IMG/VR virus record: IMGVR_UViG_3300031694_000026
Span: 1-31,762 of that record
DNA length: 31,762 nucleotides
Strand: one strand, 5' to 3'
DNA from: a virus
Taxonomy: Duplodnaviria; Caudoviricetes
Under the pieces are notes generated by a model, which was not told the DNA's origin, did no database searches, and saw only the letters and a list, made by a program, of their open reading frames with translations. Positions within the stretch are counted from its first letter, which is position 1. Every line of letters begins with the position of its first letter. This document shows positions 15,444 to 25,462 of the stretch, piece by piece. Made by a program: the position numbers and the translations under genes.

Positions 15444-17477
15444 TTATTTCCCTATTATGGATTGAATTATTTGTGCAATTTGATTGTTTGCTTTTTTATT
15501 ATCCGCATCATTAGAACTATTCATTTTTAAATTAGTTGTAATTTGTTGAATGATTGTTGTTAAATCTTCATTAGACATCATATCTATTACTTCTTGGTTA
15601 AGTGTTGTTCCAACTATTGAAGTAATATATCTTTTTATTTTAGGAAGTTGTATTTTTTCAAAAGCAACTTCTTCTGCTGTTTTATCTTTTGTAGCTTTTA
15701 TAACTCCAGTTAAAACTGCTTCCCTAATTTTAGGGGGGTCAATCATGTCAAAATTTGACAATACGGTATCTACATATCCTCCTAATGTAATTGCTTCCCC
15801 ATCTATACCTGTTGATATGACTGTGTTATCTCTAACTTCTTGTGCTTCTTTTTCTATCTGTCTATCTACTTCTTCAAAACCTGCTGTTTCTTCTAATTCT
15901 CTTTGGTCATCAAAAGTGGTTAATTCTTTTTGTTTTATGCCTACAGCATTTTTATATTGTTTAGCTATGTAGCCTTCAAGTTTAACCATGAAAGCATCTC
16001 TTTCATCATTCGTAGGTTTTTTTCCATTTTGTTTAAAGAAATCATTTTCAAAATCATAAATCTCTCTGAGAACGTGACGTTGGACAGAACTTTCTGCAAG
16101 TGCTTGTGCTTTTTCTTTATTACGCATAGTGCTGTCTTTAAATGCACCATCAACAATACTCATTATAGATTTAGAGCCTGAAGAATATGCTAAGTTGTTT
16201 AGATGTAGATTTGCATTGTCATCTTTTTGTGAGTTCTCATAGTGAGATAACATTGCACCCATTTTTCTAGGGTCAGTGTCCAATTTATTGAACTCTGCTT
16301 TCATCTCTTCAACATCAAAGAAACCATCTGTATAAATCTTTTCAACAAAAGTGTCTAAAATTTCAGGGTCTTCATTAATATATAAATCAGCCATCATAGA
16401 TTTATCAAAGTTAGCTACAGCTTGAACATCACCCATAGCTTCTAATCTATCTCTTAAAACCATCTTTTCTGTATGGCTTTTAGGTCTTGTAACAGTTTCA
16501 CCTGCCGCATTAGTTTCAGTTACATCTGAGTATAACTCTGCGTAGATTTCTTTTACCTCTTCTTTTCTTTGGTATTCTTTTTCTTGTCTGTCATTAACTT
16601 CTAAGGCTCTTCTTTTTCTTGTTAATTCATCTTGAATACCTATAACTGCTTTTGATTTTCTTGATGCTAAAGTTCCAATAGCTGAACCACTTTTAGAATA
16701 TCCTAAATTTGTATTCATTAAAATATCTGCTCTATCTAAATCAGCTTCCGTTGTTGCGTTAGCAATGATGTCAAGAATACTTCTTCTAACAATAGATAGT
16801 GTTTCTGCATTAGTATGTAATAAATTTGATTCACCTGAACCATCACCATTAGGTACTGGAATTTGTAAACCTTTTATAAAATCTGGTAATTCTTTTTTTA
16901 AATTTTCTGTAGGAATATCATCTAATAATCCTGTTCCTTCTCTAACTTTTTTGTCAGAGTTATATGCACCTCTAAGTTCTGCATCTTGGACAGCATCTCT
17001 ATGTCTAAATTTATTAAATTGTGAAGTAAAACCTAAGAGAGTTGAACTATCCATTGCTTTAGTATCAGGCATGTATTGTTTATAAAACATATCAAGGTTC
17101 ATGCTTTCATTTGAAATGTCATATCCGTTATCAAGTTTACCTTGTTTTATAGAATTAATTACTTCATGGGCTTTAACTCTACCTGCATGATAATTTGTAG
17201 TAGCTTCTATGTATTTGCCAGTTAACTCTGGGTGTTTTCCACTTATAATTTCTGATTGGATAATTTCAAAAGATTTACCACTAGCATACATCTCATCAAT
17301 TTTAGCTATAGCCCCATCTTTTTTTCTATCTATTCTTAAACTCTCTGCTTTACCTATTGCATACCCTGCGTTCTTTAAAGATTTAGCTAAACCATTAACA
17401 CTACTACCACTTGATACATAACCTGCATTACCTGCACCATAGTATTTGTTAGTTCCTTGTCTTTTATATTCAGCCAT
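15444..17477 (-). CDS. Internal virion protein (T7 gp15 position)
   Basis: 677 aa charged helical protein; assigned by synteny. Confidence 0.65.
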   Translation of the reverse strand: MAEYKRQGTNKYYGAGNAGYVSSGSSVNGLAKSLKNAGYAIGKAESLRIDRKKDGAIAKIDEMYASGKSFEIIQSEIISGKHPELTGKYIEATTNYHAGRVKAHEVINSIKQGKLDNGYDISNESMNLDMFYKQYMPDTKAMDSSTLLGFTSQFNKFRHRDAVQDAELRGAYNSDKKVREGTGLLDDIPTENLKKELPDFIKGLQIPVPNGDGSGESNLLHTNAETLSIVRRSILDIIANATTEADLDRADILMNTNLGYSKSGSAIGTLASRKSKAVIGIQDELTRKRRALEVNDRQEKEYQRKEEVKEIYAELYSDVTETNAAGETVTRPKSHTEKMVLRDRLEAMGDVQAVANFDKSMMADLYINEDPEILDTFVEKIYTDGFFDVEEMKAEFNKLDTDPRKMGAMLSHYENSQKDDNANLHLNNLAYSSGSKSIMSIVDGAFKDSTMRNKEKAQALAESSVQRHVLREIYDFENDFFKQNGKKPTNDERDAFMVKLEGYIAKQYKNAVGIKQKELTTFDDQRELEETAGFEEVDRQIEKEAQEVRDNTVISTGIDGEAITLGGYVDTVLSNFDMIDPPKIREAVLTGVIKATKDKTAEEVAFEKIQLPKIKRYITSIVGTTLNQEVIDMMSNEDLTTIIQQITTNLKMNSSNDADNKKANNQIAQIIQSIIGK

Positions 17478-17479
17478 TA

Positions 17480-17983
17480 CTATTTCTTCGCTCCTTTATT
17501 AGTTTGACTTCTTTGATATCCACCGTTAGCCGCAGTAGCGACTTCTAGCATTAGACCTGTTCTTGAAGGGTCGGTAGGTGGTTTTAAACTGTTGTAAGTT
17601 TTAGATAGGTTTGCATATGCTTCTGTTTTCTGATTAGAAAATAATTGTAAATCTTTGTCGTAACCATTTGTAATATCAATCCAATCTTCATCATATAACG
17701 CACCAAGAGATTGAACAATTTTGGTACTGTTGGCATTTCCTAAATTTACTTTCTGTGCAATTTCACCGTCTCTTTCGGCTTTGGTTCTAAACTCAGCTTT
17801 TGCTTTTTCCATATCAGCATTAACTTTTTCTTGGTCAATTTTATTAATATCGTGTAAATATCCTTTATCGGCATTTCGTCTTGTTGTTTCTTGGTCTCTT
17901 CTGATAGCTGTATTGTCAGCTTTCTTTTGCCTATGAGAAACAACTGCTCCTACTACTGCTAGTGCAGATTGAACATCACACAT
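17480..17983 (-). CDS. Internal virion protein (T7 gp14-like)
   Basis: MCDVQSALAVVGAVV start (MC plus hydrophobic stretch), size and synteny. Confidence 0.7.
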   Translation of the reverse strand: MCDVQSALAVVGAVVSHRQKKADNTAIRRDQETTRRNADKGYLHDINKIDQEKVNADMEKAKAEFRTKAERDGEIAQKVNLGNANSTKIVQSLGALYDEDWIDITNGYDKDLQLFSNQKTEAYANLSKTYNSLKPPTDPSRTGLMLEVATAANGGYQRSQTNKGAKK

Positions 17984-18459
17984 TAATTATTTACCTCTTT
18001 CATCATTAATATAAATGGCATTTTTCCAACGCCAAAATCTCCTATTTTTTTCTTCGGTTCAAATCCTAAGAATTGTAACCATTTTAAACTTTTCCAATTT
18101 CTCTCATCTACAAAATTGTAGACATATTTATAATCTTTACTCATGTCGTTTACCCATTTAGGACATTCTTTAATAAACTGCTTAATATGTTTAAATAAAT
18201 CCTCACTAGATAATAACCAAACTACTCCATACTCTTTTTCATTTGTTGAACTAGACCCAAACATTCCAATAACACCCTCAGACTGTGAACCTACAATCGT
18301 ATATATTTTTGCATTGTCATGTGTAAAAGGTATTACTAATGCCTCCAATGGAGTTGAAGCATTTGAAGCCATAATTTCTTTTCTATCCCCTATTCTTATT
18401 TTAGGGGCTAACTCTAAAGCATCTTTTAATATTGCTTTGCGTACATAATTTTCTTTCAT
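17983..18459 (-). CDS. T7 gp13-like protein (acetyltransferase-like fold)
   Basis: YNFVDERNWKSLKWLQFLGF motif and position after tail tube B. Confidence 0.8.
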   Translation of the reverse strand: MKENYVRKAILKDALELAPKIRIGDRKEIMASNASTPLEALVIPFTHDNAKIYTIVGSQSEGVIGMFGSSSTNEKEYGVVWLLSSEDLFKHIKQFIKECPKWVNDMSKDYKYVYNFVDERNWKSLKWLQFLGFEPKKKIGDFGVGKMPFILMMKEVNN

Positions 18460-20951
18460 TAAATCCTTCTTGCTCTTGAGTGATAGTAACCTTCAACTTC
18501 TGCGTCTGCTATATACATAGGCAGGTGTGATGAAGATTTTATATTTAACGTAAACTCTGTGTTCCTGCATTGCACTGGAACTCTTAGTGTTCCTGAAGTG
18601 ATTGCAGGTCTGCCAACAACACTTGTTGCTGTACCAATAACATAACCATTCATTATACTTGTAGATGTGTCTCTATTGTTTGGAACAACTTCTACTTTAA
18701 AGAAACCACTGTCTTCAAAATTAAAAGATATGTTTCTTATTTGGTATCTACCTGAAGTAACTGCAACTAATCCTCTACCAGTATTCTCTCTGATGTATGG
18801 CGTAGTTAATGTGTATTTACTCTCATAAGGAACACCTACAAATAATGATGTGTGATTTCCTACAAGTGTATATGTAGACCCTGAAGTATTTGTAACTTTA
18901 TAGTTATTTCCATTAACTCTATCTACTGCTATTAAACCAGTCTTTGCACCATACGGTGAAGTGAATGTTGTTAAGTTTGTAGCACTTGCATAAGTACCAG
19001 TAACAGAAGCCTTTAAATCAATAAAAATTCCATGACCTATATTAGCATCTTTTAAATTTCTTAAATCTAATTTTAATAATTTTGTAGTCGTCCCTTCTGA
19101 AGCTAATACATATAAATAACTTTCAAAAGACCTTACACCTATAATTTTAAGACCTGTGAATGTCCACTTAGACCAAGCATTTTGTACCTTCTCACCACCA
19201 TCAAAGAAATATTTATAAATATACATTGTGTTTGAGTTAGTAGCAGAGGCAGTACCACTAAAAGGTGCTGTCTGACTATCTGCTGTATCTGAAACTAAGA
19301 ATGCTAGTACATCTTCTGTAGTGTTTGATACAATTTGATAACAATTCTCTGGTATTAAATTAGATACAGACACAGAAATGTCCATACCATCATTCGTTAA
19401 TGTATCATCATCAGCAAAGTATTCTCTTACTGCTGTGCCTGATGTTCTTGCTTGTGCAAAGTAAGCATACTTACCTGCTGAAATTGGTTGTACTTTATCA
19501 TCATGTTCAAAGGCAGATACTTCATTAAGTATTGCAGTTGTAGGTGATATTGTATCTCCTGAACTATCTAATTTATATTGTGATGTATCAGAAAATAATA
19601 ATAAACTTTCATTAAAGCCTACAGAATTTTTAAGTGTATTAACCTGTGTACCTGAAGCCGCAATATCAATAGGGTCAGTATCTAAAACCTGAGTAGATGT
19701 TGTTGCAAAGTAATTAAAGAATGAAGCATTCTCAGTTAAAATTAAATTCTCTCCTGATAAAATACCTAATCTATTTTTATAATAAGTTAAGTTGTTAACA
19801 TTTTTACCAATAAATGTAGGGTTAGGATTGCTGTCTGCATCTCCACAAACTCTATCAGTCCATGCTAATTCTTGAAATGTGAATGTACCATTATTGTTGT
19901 TAATCAATGCGTGAGGCATTGTTGAATTTGTTATACCTAAAGAAGTTGCAGGTGCTAAAGTTTCATTCCATACACCAGACTTCCCTGTAAATTTTACATA
20001 GTAATCAGATAAGGTATCACCTTCTTCACCAGTAATTTTTAGAATTATACCTGTCTTTCCATAGAAAGGTAGTTTACTAAAATCTTGTATTTCATCTCTG
20101 ATTGCATACATGGCTGTATTACCAGAACCATCTGATGTAGTTATAGTATAAGCCGCATTACCATCAGTAGGTTTTCCATAGATTACACTATCAAAACTTT
20201 CAAATGTAAAATGAGAAGTGAACCCTGAATAATTAGACAACCCTTGTGTTGTAGATACTGATGAACCGTTGTCAGTTCTTCTAACATTAAAACCAATACC
20301 GTTTGCACTACTATCCCAGTGTGTACTTGATGTACCTTTTAAAAGTATGTCTGTAATTTTATTTGTATCTCTAAATTTTGCATCAGTTGACGCATCATTA
20401 CCAGTAGGCAGTTGAAAGATTACTTCCAATTCTTGTGACATTGATGGGTGTTTCAATGCAACTTTATATTCTCTACCGTAGTTTGTTAATTTACAAACAA
20501 TTAAAAATTCTTCTACTTTAGCCGCAGACGTTGCTGTGTCTGCTGTCACTGTTTTAGAAGTGTTTGCTATAAATGTATAATCAGCAATGTTTACTAACTT
20601 AAAATGTTCTCTTGGATTTGTAGATGTTAAATAACTTGAACCACTTGCAATCGTAACTGTCTTTGCATTACCTTCTAAATCAAATACTTTAATACCACCG
20701 TTGTATAATGCGACTACATACTGGTTACTTGCGTCTCTTGCGATAGACCAAAATTTTGTTCTGTTAGAATATATGTTTGAACTGTCTAATGTTGCTACAT
20801 AATCTAAAGGGGGTCTTTTTGATAATCCGTCTGTAAGACCATTCTGTAAATTTACTTGGTCTTCTCCCTGATTAACTCCTCTTTGCGTAGGTGTCTGTTG
20901 AGACATACCATTAAGGAAATTGGGAATTGATTGTGATACAACACTACCCAT
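18459..20951 (-). CDS. Tail tubular protein B / nozzle (T7 gp12-like)
   Basis: VSQSIPNFLNGMSQQ, GLSKRPP, YKNRLGILSGEN, DTDPIDI and QNAWSKW motifs. Confidence 0.93.
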   Translation of the reverse strand: MGSVVSQSIPNFLNGMSQQTPTQRGVNQGEDQVNLQNGLTDGLSKRPPLDYVATLDSSNIYSNRTKFWSIARDASNQYVVALYNGGIKVFDLEGNAKTVTIASGSSYLTSTNPREHFKLVNIADYTFIANTSKTVTADTATSAAKVEEFLIVCKLTNYGREYKVALKHPSMSQELEVIFQLPTGNDASTDAKFRDTNKITDILLKGTSSTHWDSSANGIGFNVRRTDNGSSVSTTQGLSNYSGFTSHFTFESFDSVIYGKPTDGNAAYTITTSDGSGNTAMYAIRDEIQDFSKLPFYGKTGIILKITGEEGDTLSDYYVKFTGKSGVWNETLAPATSLGITNSTMPHALINNNNGTFTFQELAWTDRVCGDADSNPNPTFIGKNVNNLTYYKNRLGILSGENLILTENASFFNYFATTSTQVLDTDPIDIAASGTQVNTLKNSVGFNESLLLFSDTSQYKLDSSGDTISPTTAILNEVSAFEHDDKVQPISAGKYAYFAQARTSGTAVREYFADDDTLTNDGMDISVSVSNLIPENCYQIVSNTTEDVLAFLVSDTADSQTAPFSGTASATNSNTMYIYKYFFDGGEKVQNAWSKWTFTGLKIIGVRSFESYLYVLASEGTTTKLLKLDLRNLKDANIGHGIFIDLKASVTGTYASATNLTTFTSPYGAKTGLIAVDRVNGNNYKVTNTSGSTYTLVGNHTSLFVGVPYESKYTLTTPYIRENTGRGLVAVTSGRYQIRNISFNFEDSGFFKVEVVPNNRDTSTSIMNGYVIGTATSVVGRPAITSGTLRVPVQCRNTEFTLNIKSSSHLPMYIADAEVEGYYHSRARRI

Positions 20952-20953
20952 AA

Positions 20954-21562
20954 TTAGTAAGTCCTTCGACCTGTTCTATTGATTATAGAAAATGTGTTAG
21001 CGTCACCAGATAAGACGTTGATGTCACTCTCTTGGCTATCTGCTTGATGGAATGCCATTAATGCTTCATTCTCATCTTGACCTATTAATTGTGTAATTTC
21101 TTTATCACCTATAAATCTTGAAGCAAATCTTCTTGATGCTTTCATAGTTACATATTGTCTAGCGTATTCTGGTAAATGTTCGTACTGCTGTACTAATACT
21201 AAATCAACTGAAGCAGGTGCAGTAGTGAATACGTCTGTGTGATTTCCCATGTCATATAGGAAGCCATTTCTTATTGTGAAATTTAAATGTCTTTGGGAGT
21301 GACTTGCGTCTGCTTTGACACAGTTTGAAGGAAGGGGAACTTTGCCATCAATGTCTAATGATAGCGATTTGTAATTTGTGTGTGTATTAAAATTCCAACC
21401 TATTGATTGAATAGACATGGAAGTTTCGTTTAGAATATTTATAGCTGTACTTACATCTACTGTTGTAGTTCCTGTAATTGAGTTAACTGGTGCTTCACCA
21501 ATCGTACTCAGCATTATGTTTACAGATTGTAACTCTGTAGTTGGTGTAATTTGTGTTGCCAT
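20954..21562 (-). CDS. Tail tubular protein A / adaptor (T7 gp11-like)
   Basis: TELQSVNIMLSTIGEAPV and QSIGWNFN motifs. Confidence 0.93.
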   Translation of the reverse strand: MATQITPTTELQSVNIMLSTIGEAPVNSITGTTTVDVSTAINILNETSMSIQSIGWNFNTHTNYKSLSLDIDGKVPLPSNCVKADASHSQRHLNFTIRNGFLYDMGNHTDVFTTAPASVDLVLVQQYEHLPEYARQYVTMKASRRFASRFIGDKEITQLIGQDENEALMAFHQADSQESDINVLSGDANTFSIINRTGRRTY

Positions 21563-21586
21563 ATATCCTTTGTGTGAAATTTTTTG

Positions 21587-21625
21587 GAAAAATATGATGG
21601 GGGAAATAAATCCCCCACCAAATAT
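21587..21625 (-). terminator. T-phi-like intrinsic terminator after the capsid gene
   Basis: GGUGGGGGA-loop-UCCCCCAUC stem followed by AUAUUUUU, directly after the capsid stop. Confidence 0.8.
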
Positions 21626-21635
21626 AAGAAACGAA

Positions 21636-22622
21636 TTACGCTTCTTTGATACCTACTGCCGCTTCTGGTCTTAGTACACCATGACCCATAGCGTATTTAG
21701 CAACCATTAACGTACCTTGTCTTCTGATTTCGTACTCACTCTCAACGGATAAATCCATTAATTTTACAGTACCAACCGCACTTGGGTGTGAAACCAATGC
21801 TACAAAGTTAGATAAGTTAACTGCTTGAGGGTCAGCCGCACTTGCCGCTCTACCTGAAGGAGCAGTTGCGTCATTCGCCGCCGCAATGTTACTTGAGATG
21901 AAATGAGGTACTGGAATTAATTCAATTCCTGCAATCTTCATTACTTTACCATCTCTAAGTCCACCATTGTTACCACCAGTAAAGTCTACGTTTACTGCGT
22001 TAGTACCATTAGCTAACTTGTAATATTCCTCTAATCTCATAAAGCATTTTCTGCCTTCTTGAGGAACATAGTTTGCGTCTAACTCTTTAGCTGAAGCAAA
22101 GATTGCATCAATCATAGCGTTAGCGGCTGTTGCGTCTGTACCAGATGCAATGCCTGTATTAACCACGTTAGTTGTTGCGTCTCCACCTGTAATAGATGCA
22201 GATGCTAAACTAGCTTGACCAATAGTTTGCAAGATGTGTTTATCTTTTTGGAGTGCTAATGCTCTACCAATCTCAGTTGAGTAACCACTTCTAACATCAT
22301 AGTGTGCTTTCGCTTCTTCGATATTAGATAGGAATACAGTTGAAGTAAGTAAATCATTTATTACGATTACTTTTTCTGCATGATTTACAGTTGAACCTGT
22401 AAGCTCATTTCCTGGTGAGTGGTAAGACGCACCGATTCTACCCATCACTGGGAACGAAGCCGACTTGCCTGAACTAATTGAACGTACCATGTCTGCACCT
22501 GCTGTTTTAGTAGCCTGTTCAAACGCAGTAATCACTTCTCCTGCAAACTGTTTCTCGAAGAGTACATCTTCATTTCCAGTGGAGTTGACCTGCCCAAAAG
22601 TTGTTGCTGTTATGTTTGCCAT
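21636..22622 (-). CDS. Major capsid protein (T7 gp10-like)
   Basis: LFEKQFAGEVITAF, RSISSGKSASFPVMG and YAMGHGVLRPEAA motifs. Confidence 0.96.
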   Translation of the reverse strand: MANITATTFGQVNSTGNEDVLFEKQFAGEVITAFEQATKTAGADMVRSISSGKSASFPVMGRIGASYHSPGNELTGSTVNHAEKVIVINDLLTSTVFLSNIEEAKAHYDVRSGYSTEIGRALALQKDKHILQTIGQASLASASITGGDATTNVVNTGIASGTDATAANAMIDAIFASAKELDANYVPQEGRKCFMRLEEYYKLANGTNAVNVDFTGGNNGGLRDGKVMKIAGIELIPVPHFISSNIAAANDATAPSGRAASAADPQAVNLSNFVALVSHPSAVGTVKLMDLSVESEYEIRRQGTLMVAKYAMGHGVLRPEAAVGIKEA

Positions 22623-22763
22623 AATAGTATTGTCCTTTTGTTGTTATTGTTTATTGATTAAAAACCTTAACATGGAACTTTGGGCATTCGATTGTCCACC
22701 GCAGTGGGTCAGTCGCTTGTTAGTTTTTGTTTAGGAGTTGCCTACTATAAAGTAAGCACAACT
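22623..22763 (-). promoter_or_regulatory. Structured leader upstream of the capsid gene
   Basis: Two hairpins (22736-22763 and 22689-22715), a degenerate promoter-motif match at 22666-22683, an A/C-rich unstructured tract and SD AAGGAC. Confidence 0.5.
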
Positions 22764-22986
22764 ATATTTTCTTTATTTCAATTTCCTTACATTCAAATTT
22801 TACAACAGTTTTATTTTCGTTAATGTCTTCAACTTCTAACGCTTCTAAACTTTTGTAAGATTGTATGTAACCGTTCCTAACACATGAGTAATGGTCAGGG
22901 TATTCTATGTTTATAACTTTATCTGAAAAACAATTACCAGTAACGTATGAACACAGGTGTAGTATGAGTACAAACTTTGTAATCAT
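22762..22986 (-). CDS. Small hypothetical protein with hydrophobic N-terminus and four Cys
   Basis: MITKFVLILHLCSYVTGNC...HYSC...KFEC. Start moved to 22986, 1 nt after the upstream stop; the ORF track start is 23073. Confidence 0.7.
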   Translation of the reverse strand: MITKFVLILHLCSYVTGNCFSDKVINIEYPDHYSCVRNGYIQSYKSLEALEVEDINENKTVVKFECKEIEIKKI

Positions 22987-22987
22987 A

Positions 22988-23134
22988 TTATGCTTTAGCT
23001 GTCTTTGCCGCTTTCTTAAATTGACTTGCAGTGGGTCTACCTTTAGTACCTGCTTTACGCATTGTTTCCCCACTACCTGATTTTATTCTTGCTCTTTTTT
23101 TATGAATGTTCCCATACAAACTATTTTTTGTCAT
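22988..23134 (-). CDS. 48-aa basic microprotein between scaffold and capsid genes
   Basis: MTKNSLYGNIHKKRARIKSGSGETMRKAGTKGRPTASQFKKAAKTAKA. The ATG is 1 nt after the scaffold stop; the ORF track start is 23197. Confidence 0.75.
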   Translation of the reverse strand: MTKNSLYGNIHKKRARIKSGSGETMRKAGTKGRPTASQFKKAAKTAKA

Positions 23135-23135
23135 A

Positions 23136-23885
23136 TTATATATTTGATTTAGATAATTTATTTTTAACCACTGCTTGATAAGCAGGGTCAACTGCATATC
23201 TAGGGTCTTTCATAGCGGCGGTAACTTGTTGCCAACTTTCATAACCGTCCACACCTATGGGTGCGGCTTTACCTGCTATTAAACTTGGTTCAGAACCATT
23301 AACTGCTTCAAACTTTGCTTTCAATCCAAGCACTGCTAACTTTGCAGTTTCTAAATCTTTTGAATTTACTGCTGAATTGTATGCGTTCTTTTCTGGGTCA
23401 GTCATATTCTCTGCCGCCCAATTAGACATCTCAGTATAAGCCTCATCACCACCTACTATACTTTTCATAGTTGAAGTTTGTTGGTCAGCGATTGCTTTCT
23501 GTCCTTGAATAAACTGGTCTACATAATCTTTAGGTATACCTGCTTTTTCTAAGGCTTCATAAGACGTGTCATTTAGTTTGCCTTCTTTTGTGTACTCTTC
23601 AGTAAGACTACCCATGTCTAACCCTGCGTCTGTCACAGCTTTCTCAGCAATCTCTAATGTATCTGTCTTAGTTTCTTGTGGCTTTACTTCTTCTGTCTTA
23701 ACTTCTTCTGTCTTAACTTCTTCTTTATTAGTGCCTAGCTTGGCTTCCAACTCTGAGTAGGACTTTGCTAAATCTTCAACTGTGTTGAATTTTTCAGGTA
23801 ATCCTTCAGGTTTGCTAAGTGCATTATTATCTACTGGGGTTTCACTGCCAGTTTCAGGTGTTTTTATTTCTACTCTATTTACCAT
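23136..23885 (-). CDS. Capsid scaffolding protein (T7 gp9-like)
   Basis: LPEKFNTVEDLAKSYSELE, VGGDEAY...WA and AMKDPRY..DPAY motifs; acidic; contains an EEVKT 15-bp repeat at about 23686-23724. Confidence 0.92.
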   Translation of the reverse strand: MVNRVEIKTPETGSETPVDNNALSKPEGLPEKFNTVEDLAKSYSELEAKLGTNKEEVKTEEVKTEEVKPQETKTDTLEIAEKAVTDAGLDMGSLTEEYTKEGKLNDTSYEALEKAGIPKDYVDQFIQGQKAIADQQTSTMKSIVGGDEAYTEMSNWAAENMTDPEKNAYNSAVNSKDLETAKLAVLGLKAKFEAVNGSEPSLIAGKAAPIGVDGYESWQQVTAAMKDPRYAVDPAYQAVVKNKLSKSNI

Positions 23886-23897
23886 GTTTTCCTTTTA

Positions 23898-25460
23898 TTA
23901 TTGTGGCTTAGTCAAGTTACCTGCAACAGCAGGGACAGCTTTCTCAGCCATTTGCATCATTTGTTGCTCTTGCATTTGCTCTTCTTGTGCCGCCTGTTCT
24001 TCAGCCATTTGCTCTGGTGATTTAAGAAGACCGTCTGTATCAATACCTAAACCGATAGCTATACGTTTAATTAAATCATCAGGGTTTAAAGCCTGAACTA
24101 CTTGCGGATTTATCTGTGCTAAGTTTCCTATCTCTGCAACAAATTCTCTTAATTTTTGTAAATCATTTCCTCTACCTAATGCTTCTATTCCTGTAATAAT
24201 TGTAGGCTCTACTGTGCCTTTAGGTAACGTAGGAATTTCATTAGCTTGTTCCATTCTTTTCATAAGTATTGAAACTAATGGTAATTGAAACTCTTGTGAT
24301 AGTAATGAATATATACCACCCATAGCAGTTTCTAATTGTTCTGCCATGTATCTAATTTCTTGTGCTGTAACTCTTTCAGCATCTCTTTGAATTGCTGTGT
24401 GTAATAAGAATGAGTAAGACATTCTTTCTTCTAATTTTTGTACTGCTTGTTGTACTACTTGTAAGTCATATTGTTTCTGTGCTTGTAAAACTGTAACATC
24501 TTCAGCACTACCAGTAATGATGTCACCATTTCTAGTTGTCGCTAAATCTTTTTTTCTAGTTACAGAATTAGGTCTAACCATGAAGACAATTTTAGATGAT
24601 GCCGCCGCACTTTCTACAAGTGCTTGTGATAAACTTTCTAATGATTGAAGGTCGCCTTTAAATTCTTCTACATAACTTCTACCATAATTTTCGTTATCAA
24701 TTCTAACCATTCGTAACGCTTGGTAGGGCATTCTATCTTTTTTGAATGTACCAATACTAGACGGTATTTTTATACCTTGCACTTCTTGGCATATGTAGAA
24801 TTCATCATTTTCTAATTTGTAAATGTGAGTATATAATTCTATGTCTTCATCTTTTTTATATTCTGGGTGTTGTATAACTTCTTCTGCAATTTCTTTACCA
24901 AGACTTAGTACACTTGCTTTCTCTAAAATAACAATTTCTAAAACATTTCCTGAACCATCTCTTTCAATTACATATTGTGATAAAGGGTACACTCTCATGT
25001 TTCCTTTTTTAGGTAAGTAAGTTAATACGTTACCACCTACAATAAGATGTTTTAATGCTTCAAAGACTGAAACTCTTAATGCTAATGTTTCAATTTTAGC
25101 AGACACTTCTTTTTCAATGATAGCTAAAGACTGCTCAATGTCTGTTTTCATTTCCTTGTTTTCTTCTAATTCTTTTTTTGCATCACCTGCTATTTTTAAT
25201 CTGAAAAAGGGAGAGTTGGGTGGAAGCAAAAGTAAAAGAAGTTTACTTGCTAGGTTGTTGACACCTCTTGCACCAACGGATTGGAAGGGGTTGTATAATT
25301 TACTGGTGTTAGAAAAACCGTCAGGAGTTATTAAAGACGGAATAGTTAACTCACTACACACTTCTGCTCTATCTAAGAAATGTTCTCTGTCTTGTTTTAA
25401 CTTAGCGTATCTTTGTTTCGCTGTATGTGCTGATGTAAGACTACCACCAAACTCACTCAT
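23898..25460 (-). CDS. Portal / head-tail connector (T7 gp8-like)
   Basis: QSVGARGVNNLASKL, ENYGRSYVEE, AERVTAQEIR and ITGIEALGRG motifs. Confidence 0.97.
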   Translation of the reverse strand: MSEFGGSLTSAHTAKQRYAKLKQDREHFLDRAEVCSELTIPSLITPDGFSNTSKLYNPFQSVGARGVNNLASKLLLLLLPPNSPFFRLKIAGDAKKELEENKEMKTDIEQSLAIIEKEVSAKIETLALRVSVFEALKHLIVGGNVLTYLPKKGNMRVYPLSQYVIERDGSGNVLEIVILEKASVLSLGKEIAEEVIQHPEYKKDEDIELYTHIYKLENDEFYICQEVQGIKIPSSIGTFKKDRMPYQALRMVRIDNENYGRSYVEEFKGDLQSLESLSQALVESAAASSKIVFMVRPNSVTRKKDLATTRNGDIITGSAEDVTVLQAQKQYDLQVVQQAVQKLEERMSYSFLLHTAIQRDAERVTAQEIRYMAEQLETAMGGIYSLLSQEFQLPLVSILMKRMEQANEIPTLPKGTVEPTIITGIEALGRGNDLQKLREFVAEIGNLAQINPQVVQALNPDDLIKRIAIGLGIDTDGLLKSPEQMAEEQAAQEEQMQEQQMMQMAEKAVPAVAGNLTKPQ

Positions 25461-25462
25461 TA

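Noticed and set aside
21328-21345. Promoter-like GCAAAGTTCCCCTTCCTT inside tail tube A
   Set aside because: It matches the core but lacks the terminal TAG, and is explained by the codons for GKVPLP.
21587-21700. T7 gp10B-style frameshift extension of the capsid
   Set aside because: No obvious slippery site near the stop, and the terminator and gp11 follow within about 75 nt, leaving no room for an extension domain.
22762-22986. Lipoprotein (o-spanin) reading of MITKFVLILHLC
   Set aside because: LHLC does not fit the L-[AS]-[GA]-C lipobox, and the gene lies outside the lysis region.
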